A stretch of DNA of 64,000 nucleotides from Pirellulales bacterium (GTDB lineage: Bacteria; Planctomycetota; Planctomycetia; Pirellulales; PALSA-1355): contig CAVTBU010000006.1 in NCBI GenBank assembly GCA_963733035.1, positions 352,001 through 416,000 on the forward strand. The letters are read 5' to 3'. A program made the position numbers and the translations under genes. Below, piece after piece: positions 28,572 through 38,231 of the stretch; position 1 is the stretch's first letter; the number at the start of each line of letters is the position of its first letter. Under the pieces are notes generated by a model. The model was not told the origin of the DNA, did no database searches, and saw nothing but the letters and a program-made list of their open reading frames with translations.

Positions 28572-29360
28572 ATGAGCACCCATTCAGCGCGCGGCACCTT
28601 GACCCTATCGGTTGACCTAGAGCACGATCACATCCGCGTCGGAATTGCAGAACAACGGGCCCTGGGTACGATGGCCGACCAACTGACTGAACTGTTTGAC
28701 CGGCACAAGTTGCCGGCGGCTTGGGCAGTTACCGATCCGGCGTTGTCGGCAATACGCACAGGGATTGACATCACCGAAGGCGGCCACGAACTGGCCTTGC
28801 TCGGGGACGCGAGTTGGGTCGGTCGCGAAGCGGGACGTCGCCGTTTCGCCCGCGAACTAGCACGCCGAGTTGCACGTGCGCAAAGTGATGGACTCACGTT
28901 GCACACGCTGGCTCTCAGAACGGACCTGCCAGGCGACCATTCGGATCTGGCAATCAAAGAGGGAATCGTTGCCGTGCGCGATGCCGTGTCCATGGGCGTT
29001 CGCGCGTCACGCCGGCTGAAACCGCAATCGTTGCGGTTTGGCTTGTGGGGATTTCCCGTGACGGTATTGCTTCCGGGGACCAGTCGTTGGCTGCCCGGCG
29101 GCGGCGGCTTGTGCGCCGCACGATTCGAGATCGACAGGGCAATCACCGAGCAAGGACTGGTGCACGTGGCATTCGATGCGCCGCGCTTGGCCGAGCGCGG
29201 AGGGGCGGCACTGCGGATTGTCGAGCGATTGCTGCGGTACGCCGCGCAGCGTCGCGAGCAAGGACTACTTGACGTGAATACGATTGGCGCGATTGCCGGC
29301 AAGTTGTCGCATGAAAACCAGGGACAGCCGTCGCGGTCGATTTTGCGGCCGGCGGCCTAA
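28572..29360 (+). CDS. Hypothetical protein with a degenerate polysaccharide-deacetylase-like N-terminus
   Basis: LTLSVDLE...LFDRHKLPAAW...GHELAL; GGAG RBS. Confidence 0.6.
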   Translation: MSTHSARGTLTLSVDLEHDHIRVGIAEQRALGTMADQLTELFDRHKLPAAWAVTDPALSAIRTGIDITEGGHELALLGDASWVGREAGRRRFARELARRVARAQSDGLTLHTLALRTDLPGDHSDLAIKEGIVAVRDAVSMGVRASRRLKPQSLRFGLWGFPVTVLLPGTSRWLPGGGGLCAARFEIDRAITEQGLVHVAFDAPRLAERGGAALRIVERLLRYAAQRREQGLLDVNTIGAIAGKLSHENQGQPSRSILRPAA

Positions 29361-29464
29361 GCAGATTGATCGCGTCAATGAGAAATCGAATGCGCTCGGT
29401 GTCGAACCGCGTCGGCAAATATCCGCTCGGACAATACCGGGATTTGCAAGTGAATTGTCGGACG

Positions 29465-29647
29465 CTAGGCGAGCTCGCGATAAGTATTCCAGCTCATGTA
29501 GCCCAGCGTTGCCCCGCAGATCAGCAGCGCCACGTCCATGGCGAAGCTAGCCCGGCCGAAGGGGATCTGGATCGCCAGATCCAACCCAAACATGAGGACC
29601 AATAAGCCGGCAATCGCCATTCCTGAAATGGCAAGCACTTTGGGCAT
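29465..29647 (-). CDS. Small two-TM membrane protein
   Basis: MPKVLAISGMAIAGLLVLMFGLDLA...; minus-strand TATAAT at 29699-29704. Confidence 0.75.
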   Translation of the reverse strand: MPKVLAISGMAIAGLLVLMFGLDLAIQIPFGRASFAMDVALLICGATLGYMSWNTYRELA

Positions 29648-29836
29648 TCTCTCTGGTCCTTGGGTCGCGGTCGGCACACACACGTGTCAAAGCGCACTAT
29701 TATAGTTCACGCTTTCGGCACCGGGAACCACCGCTAAACGCGGCGTAACCCGGCGAATCGGAACGACTGTTTGCACGAACACGCAAGGCCGCCTGGGCAT
29801 TGCAACGCCCCAAGCGGTTCACCCACACTATCGGTC

Positions 29837-30994
29837 ATGAACAGCACTCACTTGCACGCTCAAAGCCCCTGGGAGAGCTTTCGCCGGCGAATGCCCGTCG
29901 CCGAGCATTGGGCCTATTTCGATCATGCGGCCGTGGCGCCGCTGCCCCGTCCGACACAACAGGCAATCGTGGAGTGGGCTCAGCAGGCCGCGACCCAGGG
30001 AGATACCGTTTGGCTTGCCTGGCAGAAGCGCGTCGAGGAATGTCGGACACTGGCCGCTCGTATGCTTGGGGCCGACGTGGCCGAAATAGCTTTAGTTCAC
30101 AGCACGAGTGAAGGAATCGGGCTAGTGGCCGAAGGATATCCCTGGCTGGCCGGTGACAATGTCGTCACGCTCGACAATGAGTTTCCCTCGAACCAGTACC
30201 CCTGGTTGAACCTCGCCACGCGCGGAGTCGAAACGCGCCGCGTGCCCGCCGACGCACACGGGCGCGTCGATCTCGCGCGGCTGGACGAAGCCTGCGATGA
30301 ACGCACACGCATCGTCTCGGTTAGTTGGGTGGGCTATGTGAGTGGTTGGCGGGCGAACCTGGACGAACTGACCGAACTGGTGCACCGCCGAGGAGCCCTG
30401 TTATTGGTCGACGCGATTCAAGGGCTCGGTGTATTTCCGCTCGACGTGCGTCAAACCCCCATCGATTTTCTGGCAGCAGACGGTCACAAATGGATGCTGG
30501 GACCGGAAGGGGCGGGGCTGTTTTACCTCCGACTCGAACACCTCGATTTGCTGCGGCCAATCGGCATCGGATGGCACAGCGTTGTGCATGCGTCGGACTA
30601 CAGCCACATCGATTTGAAATTCAAACCGAACGCGGCCCGGTACGAAGGGGGCACGCAGAACATGGTCGGTTTTCTCGGCCTCGCCGCGAGCTTGGAGCTA
30701 TTGCTCGAATTCGGCCAGCAGGCGATCGGCGAAAGAATTCTCGCGCTCACCGACCAGCTTTGCGAGCGGTTGCAACAGATCGGCGGCAAGATTTACAGCT
30801 TCCGAGAGGGGGACCACGGCTCGGGCATCGTGTCTTGTGAGTTTCCTGGCCGCGATCCGCTCGAGCTCAAACAGCGGCTTTTGAAGGCCGGCATCGTTTC
30901 CAGCGCACGGGCCGGCAAGCTTCGGCTAGCCACGCACGCCTACAACGACAAAAGTGACATTCAGCGGTTGATCGACGAACTGACTCGCGGCTAG
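29837..30994 (+). CDS. Class V PLP-dependent aminotransferase-family enzyme
   Basis: YFDHAA, EFPSN, VDAIQG, DGHKWMLGP (PLP lysine), YEGGT. Confidence 0.9.
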   Translation: MNSTHLHAQSPWESFRRRMPVAEHWAYFDHAAVAPLPRPTQQAIVEWAQQAATQGDTVWLAWQKRVEECRTLAARMLGADVAEIALVHSTSEGIGLVAEGYPWLAGDNVVTLDNEFPSNQYPWLNLATRGVETRRVPADAHGRVDLARLDEACDERTRIVSVSWVGYVSGWRANLDELTELVHRRGALLLVDAIQGLGVFPLDVRQTPIDFLAADGHKWMLGPEGAGLFYLRLEHLDLLRPIGIGWHSVVHASDYSHIDLKFKPNAARYEGGTQNMVGFLGLAASLELLLEFGQQAIGERILALTDQLCERLQQIGGKIYSFREGDHGSGIVSCEFPGRDPLELKQRLLKAGIVSSARAGKLRLATHAYNDKSDIQRLIDELTRG

Positions 30995-31075
30995 CCGCGG
31001 CTCACAGGTCGACTTTCACGATCTCGGTCTGCCGCGGCAACGGTCTCGCGCAAGGACGATCGGTGGTCGTTTGAG

Positions 31076-31501
31076 TCAGCTGGAAATCTCGCACAACGGG
31101 ATGATCGGGTTGGTCGAGCGGAGTAACTGAGCAATGGTGACGCGCGACAGTGCCGCCTCGGTTGCGGCGTATACGCCGTCGAGTTCCGCGTGCAAAGGAC
31201 AGAGTTGCCTGTGAGAGGTAAGTCCCAAGGGACAGTGGCGAATCCGCTCCAACGGCGCCACGGCATTCACCACGTCGAGGATCGTGATTTTCTCAGGAGC
31301 GTGGGCGAGCGCATAGCCACCTCCAGGGCCCGATTGTGAGCGCACAAGCTTGGCCCGCACGAGATCCTGGAGCACCTTGTGCAGATAACGTCTGGGTACT
31401 TTCGTCCGTTCGGCGAGATGATCGGCCGAGGCCGTTCGATCAGGATCGCGGCCTAGCCATACGGTAGTGCGCAGGGCGTATTCGGCAGTCTTGGGCAACA
31501 T
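31076..31501 (-). CDS. Rrf2-family transcriptional regulator (probable NO/Fe-S sensor)
   Basis: [49 protein letters not shown]. Confidence 0.93.
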   Translation of the reverse strand: MLPKTAEYALRTTVWLGRDPDRTASADHLAERTKVPRRYLHKVLQDLVRAKLVRSQSGPGGGYALAHAPEKITILDVVNAVAPLERIRHCPLGLTSHRQLCPLHAELDGVYAATEAALSRVTIAQLLRSTNPIIPLCEISS

Positions 31502-31528
31502 GTTTCATTTCTCCTCGTTGTCTCCCAA

Positions 31529-31565
31529 TTCTACACCTTGACATGTAGAAATCAACCGATATAGT
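31529..31565 (+). promoter_or_regulatory. Palindromic operator overlapping a sigma-70 promoter
   Basis: TTCTACA-N8-TGTAGAA (31529-31550) overlaps TTGACA (31538-31543); TATAGT at 31560-31565 (16-nt spacer). Confidence 0.65.
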
Positions 31566-31586
31566 GCACGCAGAGTCGTGGCACTG

Positions 31587-31602
31587 TGGCAACGACATTG
31601 CA
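31587..31602 (+). promoter_or_regulatory. Candidate sigma-54 promoter for the CxxCH protein-qNOR operon
   Basis: TGGCAACGACATTGCA has GG-N10-GC with TGGCA and TTGCA. Confidence 0.5.
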
Positions 31603-31627
31603 ATGTACTGCTTTTCCCGACCGACCC

Positions 31628-32944
31628 ATGCGACCCTCCGAAATCATCGGAATCCTGGCAGCGACCGTGTTTCTCGTCATCTGGAGCTCAGTTTGCCTGG
31701 CGGCTGATGAAAATGAGCAACCACCGATCAAGTACAGCCAAAGCGATCCGGACAACTGCGTATCCAGGCTGCAGTCGCGCATTGACCGAGGAGAATTGCA
31801 ATTGCCGTACGATGACGATCATGGCTATCTGCGTGCGTTGCTCGCAGCGCTTGAAGTACCGGTGGAGTCGCAATTGCTCGTTTTTTCCAAGACCAGCATG
31901 CAGCGACATCGAATTTCTCCCCGAACGCCGCGAGCAATCTACTTCACCGACGATGTCTACATTGGCTTCTGCCGATCGGGCGATGTGCTGGAGGTAGCGG
32001 CCGTCGATCCGCAACTTGGCGCGGTATTCTACACGCTTGATCAGAAACGTACCGATCAGCCTCGCTTGCTGCGGCAGACCGACAGCTGTTTGCTATGCCA
32101 CAGTTCCTCGCGCACCGAGGGAGTTCCGGGTCACGTCGTCCGCTCCCTATTTGTTGATTCCGGCGGCCAGCCCATTCTCTCAGCCGGAAGCTATTCCGTG
32201 GATCATACCACGCCGTTGGAACGACGCTGGGGTGGCTGGTATGTAACCGGCCGCCACGGCTCGCAGCAGCACCTTGGTAATCTCATCATTCGGGGCAGGG
32301 ATGTGCCCCAGCCGGTGGAAAATGCGCCAGGCCAAAATCTCACGCAGTTAAGCGAACGAATCGATGTCGACAAGTATCTCTCCCCACACAGCGACATTGT
32401 TGCTTTGATGGTGTTTGAGCATCAAACGCTGGTGCATAACCGGTTGACCATGGCCAATTTCGCCGCGCGACGGGCACTGCAATACGAACGCGAGATGAAC
32501 CGCGCGTTCGGGGAGCCCGAGCAAAGACGCCTCGAAAGCACGATGCGCCGCGTCCAGAGCGCGGGCGATGACCTGGTCGAAGCCCTGCTACTGGTCGGCG
32601 AAACCGAACTGACGGCGCCCATCCGGGGCACGTCGGACTATGCGGACAAGTTTTCTCAAGTGGGGCCTCGCGATTCACACGGCCGCTCATTGCGAGATCT
32701 GGATCTGCAGCACCGGTTGTTCAAATATCCCTGCAGCTACTTGATCTACTCTCAGGCGTTCGATGAGCTGCCGCGCGAGATGCGCGACTATGTCTGGAAG
32801 CGGCTGTGGGAGGTGCTTTCCAGCCATGAGGACATGGAACCCTTTACACGTCTCTCTCGAGACGACCGGCGAGCGATTGTTGAGATTCTTCGCGGTACGA
32901 AACCGGAGCTACCGGAGTACTGGACCGAAGCAGAACGACACTGA
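31628..32944 (+). CDS. Secreted hypothetical protein with one c-type haem motif
   Basis: Signal peptide; SCLLCHSS (CxxCH); RWGGWYVTG; FKYPCSYLIYS. Confidence 0.8.
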   Translation: MRPSEIIGILAATVFLVIWSSVCLAADENEQPPIKYSQSDPDNCVSRLQSRIDRGELQLPYDDDHGYLRALLAALEVPVESQLLVFSKTSMQRHRISPRTPRAIYFTDDVYIGFCRSGDVLEVAAVDPQLGAVFYTLDQKRTDQPRLLRQTDSCLLCHSSSRTEGVPGHVVRSLFVDSGGQPILSAGSYSVDHTTPLERRWGGWYVTGRHGSQQHLGNLIIRGRDVPQPVENAPGQNLTQLSERIDVDKYLSPHSDIVALMVFEHQTLVHNRLTMANFAARRALQYEREMNRAFGEPEQRRLESTMRRVQSAGDDLVEALLLVGETELTAPIRGTSDYADKFSQVGPRDSHGRSLRDLDLQHRLFKYPCSYLIYSQAFDELPREMRDYVWKRLWEVLSSHEDMEPFTRLSRDDRRAIVEILRGTKPELPEYWTEAERH

Positions 32945-33018
32945 ACGCGTTTCCCCACCCGCGTTGCAGAAATGAAGACACCCGAATTCAATCAGTCTTG
33001 GTATCCGCGAGGCCGCGC

Positions 33019-35241
33019 ATGAAGCGTTTATGGCTATTTTTTGCGTCGGTGGTGATTCCGTCGTTCGCCGTGCTTAGCTGGATCGGGACGCGCATCTACG
33101 ACGAGTCGCCACCAGTCGCCGATCAGGTCGTGACCACGGACGGCACCGTGGTGATTGGTCCAGGAGAGATCCAGGCCGGCCAAAACGTTTGGCAATCATT
33201 GGGCGGAATGGAAGTCGGTTCCATCTGGGGCCACGGTAGCTATGTCGCGCCGGACTGGACAGCGGATTGGCTGCACCGTGAAGCGATGTTCATCCTCAAC
33301 CATTGGGCCAAGGATGAATTCGGCACGGGCTACGAGCAACTCGACGAAGAGCGCCAAGCGCAACTGAGCGGTCGGCTGGAGCAGCAGCTGCGGGCCAACA
33401 CGTACGATCCCGACACGCGAACGATCACGATTGATCCGCTACGAGCAGATGCATTCCGAGCGAATTTCGCCCACTATTCCGATGTGTTTGCAAAAGGTGA
33501 GACCGCCTATGCGATTCCTGCCGGCGCCGTGACCGACGAGGCCCGCTTGCGCCAGTTGTCGGCGTTCTTCTTCTGGTCATCGTGGGCGGCGGCAACGAAT
33601 CGGCCAGGTGACCATATCAGCTACACAAACAATTGGCCTTACGAACCGTTGGTTGGAAACCAGCCAACGGGTGAAGCGGTGGTGTGGACCGGGGTCAGCA
33701 TCATCATGTTGCTGGCCGGTATTTCGGCAATGGCGTGGTGGTACGCGGCACGCAAGAGCGACGAAGGGGAGTCGACGGTCCCCGAGGCCGATCCTCTTGG
33801 AACCTGGGCCGCGACGCCTTCGCAACGGGCTACGGTCAAGTACTTTTGGGTCGTGGCGGCCTTGATTCTATTGCAGATGCTATTGGGTGTCGTCACCGCC
33901 CACTACGGCGTGGAAGGCGATGCATTTTACGGGTTCCCACTTTCTGAGTGGCTGCCCTATTCGGTCACACGTACCTGGCATGTTCAGTTGGGCCTTTTCT
34001 GGATTGCCACGGCCTGGCTGGCAGCGGGACTGTTCATCGGCCCGCTGGTTAGCGAACAGGAACCCAGCGGCCAACGCCTAGGGGTCAATGTGTTGTTTCT
34101 GGCGTTGTTGGTCGTGGTGGTAGGTTCACTCAGCGGTGAATGGCTGAGCATTCACAACAAGATGTCCGATGAGGTCTCATTTTATCTTGGTCATCAGGGT
34201 TATGAATATGTGGACCTGGGCCGCGTCTGGCAGTGCGCGCTCTTCGTCGGCCTGCTGTTGTGGTTGTTCCTGATGATTCGCGTGTTAAAGCCTGCCTTGC
34301 TGAAACAAGGGGAGCAAAGGCAACTCGTGGCTTTGCTTGCCGTGGCCACAACCGCGATCGCTCTGTTTTATGGTGCGGGCTTGACGTGGGGTCAGCACAC
34401 TCATCTATCCGAAGTTGAATACTGGCGATGGTGGGTTGTGCACCTGTGGGTGGAGGGATTCTTTGAGGTCTTCGCGACGACGGTAATCGCTTTTGTATTC
34501 ATGCGACTGAACCTGATTAGACCCGGTATTGCGGCCGCCGCTGCGCTCCTTTCGGCCACGATCTTTCTGTCGGGCGGAATCATTGGCACGTGCCATCATC
34601 TGTATTTTGCAGGAACTCCAAGTGTCGCGCTTGCCTGGGGATCGGTGTTCAGCGCGCTAGAAGTCGTCCCCTTGGTGCTTGTCGCCTTTGATGCGACCGA
34701 GGACTTGCGGCGATCGAGAAGGTCTCCTTGGGTTCAACGCTACAAGTGGCCCATCTATTTCTTCGTTGCCGTTGCCTTTTGGAACATGGTTGGCGCGGGC
34801 TTGCTCGGATTTATGATCAATCCGCCGATCGCCTTGTACTACATGCAGGGCCTCAATACGACGCCGCTGCACGGGCATGCCGCGCTGTTCGGCGTCTATG
34901 GGATGCTCGGAATTGGCTTGATGCTCCTCTGTCTGCGGGTCCTGATTCCGGGAGTCGAATGGAAGGACCGGATGCTGCGATTCTCCTTTTGGTCGTTGAA
35001 CGGTGGCCTGATGGCGATGTGCGTGTTGAGCCTGTTGCCGGTGGGCCTCATGCAAACCTGGGCGTCCGTGGACCAGGGGTACTGGTATGCCCGCAGCTCC
35101 GAATTCCTCCAGACGCCCCTGATGCAAAACCTGCGCTGGATGCGGGTTCCGGGCGATACCCTGTTCTTTCTCGGCGCAGTGGCGCTAGTGCTCTTTGTGG
35201 CTGGGCTCAAAACGGGTCATTCGTTTAGGAGGACCGAATAA
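33019..35241 (+). CDS. norB: Quinol-dependent nitric oxide reductase (qNOR, NorZ-type)
   Basis: GSIWGHGSYVAPDWTADWLHRE, RTWHVQ, WWVVHLWVEGFFEVF, GTCHHLY, HGHAALFGVYG. Confidence 0.96.
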   Translation: MKRLWLFFASVVIPSFAVLSWIGTRIYDESPPVADQVVTTDGTVVIGPGEIQAGQNVWQSLGGMEVGSIWGHGSYVAPDWTADWLHREAMFILNHWAKDEFGTGYEQLDEERQAQLSGRLEQQLRANTYDPDTRTITIDPLRADAFRANFAHYSDVFAKGETAYAIPAGAVTDEARLRQLSAFFFWSSWAAATNRPGDHISYTNNWPYEPLVGNQPTGEAVVWTGVSIIMLLAGISAMAWWYAARKSDEGESTVPEADPLGTWAATPSQRATVKYFWVVAALILLQMLLGVVTAHYGVEGDAFYGFPLSEWLPYSVTRTWHVQLGLFWIATAWLAAGLFIGPLVSEQEPSGQRLGVNVLFLALLVVVVGSLSGEWLSIHNKMSDEVSFYLGHQGYEYVDLGRVWQCALFVGLLLWLFLMIRVLKPALLKQGEQRQLVALLAVATTAIALFYGAGLTWGQHTHLSEVEYWRWWVVHLWVEGFFEVFATTVIAFVFMRLNLIRPGIAAAAALLSATIFLSGGIIGTCHHLYFAGTPSVALAWGSVFSALEVVPLVLVAFDATEDLRRSRRSPWVQRYKWPIYFFVAVAFWNMVGAGLLGFMINPPIALYYMQGLNTTPLHGHAALFGVYGMLGIGLMLLCLRVLIPGVEWKDRMLRFSFWSLNGGLMAMCVLSLLPVGLMQTWASVDQGYWYARSSEFLQTPLMQNLRWMRVPGDTLFFLGAVALVLFVAGLKTGHSFRRTE

Positions 35242-35585
35242 TGGCGATTCATCACGCCAAATCAGGCGAAGTAGTTACTTTGACGCTCGGGGCTGCACTC
35301 ACAGGGAGCGAGACGACCACGCTGGTCAAGACAGCCGACCTCGAGGTTTTGCGGCTCGTGGTTCCTGCCGGTAAGGAAATCGCAATGCACAAGGCCCCGG
35401 GCCCGATCACCGTGCAGTGTCTGGAGGGACGCGTTTCGTTCACGGCCCACGGAAAGAGCCAGCAACTCGAAGCTGGGCAATTCCTTTACCTGTCCGCAGG
35501 CGAACCACACGCCCTCACCGCAATCGAAGATGCGTCGCTGCTGGTGACCATTCTTCTCTCTCCCAAGGTGGCGTCGGGAAACTGA
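35241..35585 (+). CDS. Cupin-domain protein
   Basis: HKAPGPITVQCLEG...PHALTA; start overlaps the norB stop (TAATG). Confidence 0.9.
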   Translation: MAIHHAKSGEVVTLTLGAALTGSETTTLVKTADLEVLRLVVPAGKEIAMHKAPGPITVQCLEGRVSFTAHGKSQQLEAGQFLYLSAGEPHALTAIEDASLLVTILLSPKVASGN

Positions 35586-35614
35586 GCATCCAGGGCCACG
35601 TTTCGGAATCGAAA

Positions 35615-36589
35615 CTATTTCTCTACCACCCAGATATTGCGATAACGGACTGGATTGCCGTGGTCCTGCAAATAGATCGGTCCGGGCTCGGGACCTTCGG
35701 CGACCGGGGCAGCCCTGGTGGCGTTGGGCAACTCGACGTCCTCTTGGATCAGCTGCCCGTTATGCCGCACAGTGATCTTGGCGTCTTTCACCTTCTTGCC
35801 GTCGTGGTACTCGGCCGCGGTGTAGTCGATATCGTACGTCTGCCAGGACAGTGGCGGAAAGCACATATTTGTGTCTGGCGCCTTGATGCCGTAGATGCCG
35901 CCGCACTCGTTGTCCTCTCCCTTGAGGCCAAACGAATCTAGCATCTGCACTTCGTAGCGGCCTTGCAAGTAACAACCGCTGTTGCCGCGCTGTTGTTCGC
36001 GCGACTCGGGCATGAACGGCAACTGAAACTCGACGTGCAACTGACAGCTGCCAAACTTCTGCTTACTCGTAACACCGGCGGCCAGCGTCTTGTCATTGTT
36101 GAGTTTGCCTCCTTCAAACGCGTCGGCGCTCGAGCCATCGAACAGCACCACGGCTCCCTCCGGCGGTTTTTCGCCGAGTGTCGGGCTCTTGCGTTCGATC
36201 TTTTTTAACTCGGCCAATTCTTCGCCGCCCGGCCCGATGACCTTGAGTACGCCGTCCTTCAATTCACCGCGTCCTTGGTCCGACCCGAACACGACCCTGC
36301 CGTCCTCCAATTCGCCGTCGACTTCGAACTTTCCTTCACCCAGCCAACCGTCGCCGGGCAGCCCGCCTGGATAAGCCACCGCGTGGAACTTCCCCTTGCC
36401 AAGTGCGATTACTTGGACGCCCATCGAAATCATCTCGCCGCCCGGGTCATGAATCTCCCCCTTGTACTCGCCCTGTAGTTTAAAGTCGGGGTCGTCGGGT
36501 CCGGAAACCTTTTCGCCGGCTGCGCGGGCTGTTTGGGAAAAAAGAAGCAAGCCGCCCAGGGCCGCCAGGGTGAACAGCGGGTGCCGCAT
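35615..36589 (-). CDS. Secreted DUF1080 (3-keto-disaccharide hydrolase-like) protein
   Basis: LFDG, LHVEF, GNSG.Y, YEVQMLDS, WQTYDI, LQDHGNPVRYRNIW. Confidence 0.9.
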   Translation of the reverse strand: MRHPLFTLAALGGLLLFSQTARAAGEKVSGPDDPDFKLQGEYKGEIHDPGGEMISMGVQVIALGKGKFHAVAYPGGLPGDGWLGEGKFEVDGELEDGRVVFGSDQGRGELKDGVLKVIGPGGEELAELKKIERKSPTLGEKPPEGAVVLFDGSSADAFEGGKLNNDKTLAAGVTSKQKFGSCQLHVEFQLPFMPESREQQRGNSGCYLQGRYEVQMLDSFGLKGEDNECGGIYGIKAPDTNMCFPPLSWQTYDIDYTAAEYHDGKKVKDAKITVRHNGQLIQEDVELPNATRAAPVAEGPEPGPIYLQDHGNPVRYRNIWVVEK

Positions 36590-36784
36590 GGTAGGGAGAT
36601 CTCCGCCTAACAGAATGAGTTTTGGCAGCTGGGCTGCACGTCGGAGCCCATTTTCAATAGCCGCCGTGCCGGCCGCAAGTGCCCGAGACGTGCATTCGGG
36701 CGGAAAACGGGGTAGGATTTTTCGAGCAACCGAGCCTGTATTTCCAATCAGCCACAAGACTTTATCCGCAGGAGTTCATCATCC

Positions 36785-38191
36785 ATGTCCTACCGAGAAA
36801 CGATTCGGCTGGGTTTCACAGTGGCGTTTACGTTGGGGGCGATCGCGTCGACGCAAGCGGCCGTCGAACCACACGCGCTATTCTCCGACAACGCTGTGTT
36901 GCAACAGAAAGCCAAAGTGCCCGTATGGGGGACCACCGATGAATCGGCCCCGGTTACGGTAAGCCTTGCCGGCCAAGAAGCGACCGCCACACCCCAGAAC
37001 GGCAAATGGCAGGTTGAACTCCAGCCGCTGGCCGCCGGTGGACCGCATGTGTTGACGATTTCTCAGGGCGACAGCAAAGTGGAGCGAAAGAACATCCTGG
37101 TTGGCGAGGTCTGGTTGTGCGGTGGTCAATCCAATATGCAATGGCCCCTAGACAAGACCGATGAAGGCGAAGAGGCCATTGCTTCGTCGGCCAATGATCA
37201 ATTGCGGCTAATCACAATTCCGCGAGAACGCGAATCGCATCCGCGCGAGAATGTGAACGCAAATTGGGTCGTTTCAGGTCCAGAGACGACCCCCGGCTTT
37301 TCCGCGGTCGGCTATTATTTCGGCCGCGACTTACAGAAGAAGCTCGGCGTGCCGGTGGGATTGATTTCGTCGAATGTTGGCGGCACCGCGGCCGAGGAAT
37401 GGATCAGCGGAAAGGAGTTGGCGGCTAACACGGAGCTCGAAGGCACCTTTACACCCAAGGGCGGATCGAGCCAGCTTTACAACGCCATGATCGCACCGCT
37501 GGCCCCCTATGCCATCGAGGGTGCCATCTGGTACCAGGGAGAATCGAACGCCGGCCGCGCGTATCACTATCGCAAGCTGCTGCCCGCCATGATCAAGAGT
37601 TGGCGCGATACGTTTCACAATCCCAAGATGCCGTTTCTAATCGTTCAGATTGCCCCCTACGACAAGGAACGCGCCTATTCCCCCGACACGGTCTGGGCCG
37701 AAATCCGCGATGCCCAGTGGCACATTGCCAACGAAGATCCAAGAACGGCTCTCATCGTCACGATCGACGTGGGCGATGAACAGGACATCCATCCGCGCAA
37801 CAAGGGTCCAGTCGGCGCACGGCTGGCCATGGCGGCTCGCGGCATCGCCTATGGCGAAGACATCGAGTATTCCGGCCCAATTTACGATCAGGTCAAGGTC
37901 GAAGGCGACAAAGTTCGTCTATCGTTCAAGCATCTCGGTGGCGGGCTCGTGGCCAAGGACGGACCGCTCAAGGGCTTTACCGTGGCTGGCAAAGACCAAA
38001 AATTCCATCCTGCCAAGGCCGAAATTGACGGCGAATCGATTGTCGTTTGGAGCGATGATGTGGCGCATCCTGAAGCGGTGCGTTACGCTTGGCTGGCCTT
38101 CCCCGAAGGCAACTTGTGGAATAAGGCCGGCCTGCCAGCTTCGCCGTTCCGTACGGATGCGTTCCCGATCACGACACAAAATAACAAGTAA
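36785..38191 (+). CDS. Sialate O-acetylesterase family protein
   Basis: GEVWLCGGQSNM, FSAVGYYF, LYNAMI.PL, WYQGESN, DIHPRNK; signal peptide. Confidence 0.92.
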   Translation: MSYRETIRLGFTVAFTLGAIASTQAAVEPHALFSDNAVLQQKAKVPVWGTTDESAPVTVSLAGQEATATPQNGKWQVELQPLAAGGPHVLTISQGDSKVERKNILVGEVWLCGGQSNMQWPLDKTDEGEEAIASSANDQLRLITIPRERESHPRENVNANWVVSGPETTPGFSAVGYYFGRDLQKKLGVPVGLISSNVGGTAAEEWISGKELAANTELEGTFTPKGGSSQLYNAMIAPLAPYAIEGAIWYQGESNAGRAYHYRKLLPAMIKSWRDTFHNPKMPFLIVQIAPYDKERAYSPDTVWAEIRDAQWHIANEDPRTALIVTIDVGDEQDIHPRNKGPVGARLAMAARGIAYGEDIEYSGPIYDQVKVEGDKVRLSFKHLGGGLVAKDGPLKGFTVAGKDQKFHPAKAEIDGESIVVWSDDVAHPEAVRYAWLAFPEGNLWNKAGLPASPFRTDAFPITTQNNK

Positions 38192-38231
38192 CGCCTTGGC
38201 TTGACGGTATGTTGACGGAATCAACCTTCGC

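Noticed and set aside
29837..31501. iscR-iscS-like Fe-S assembly pair
   Set aside because: The genes are convergent, and the PLP enzyme lacks the catalytic Cys loop (SACxS or RxGHHCA) of cysteine desulfurases.
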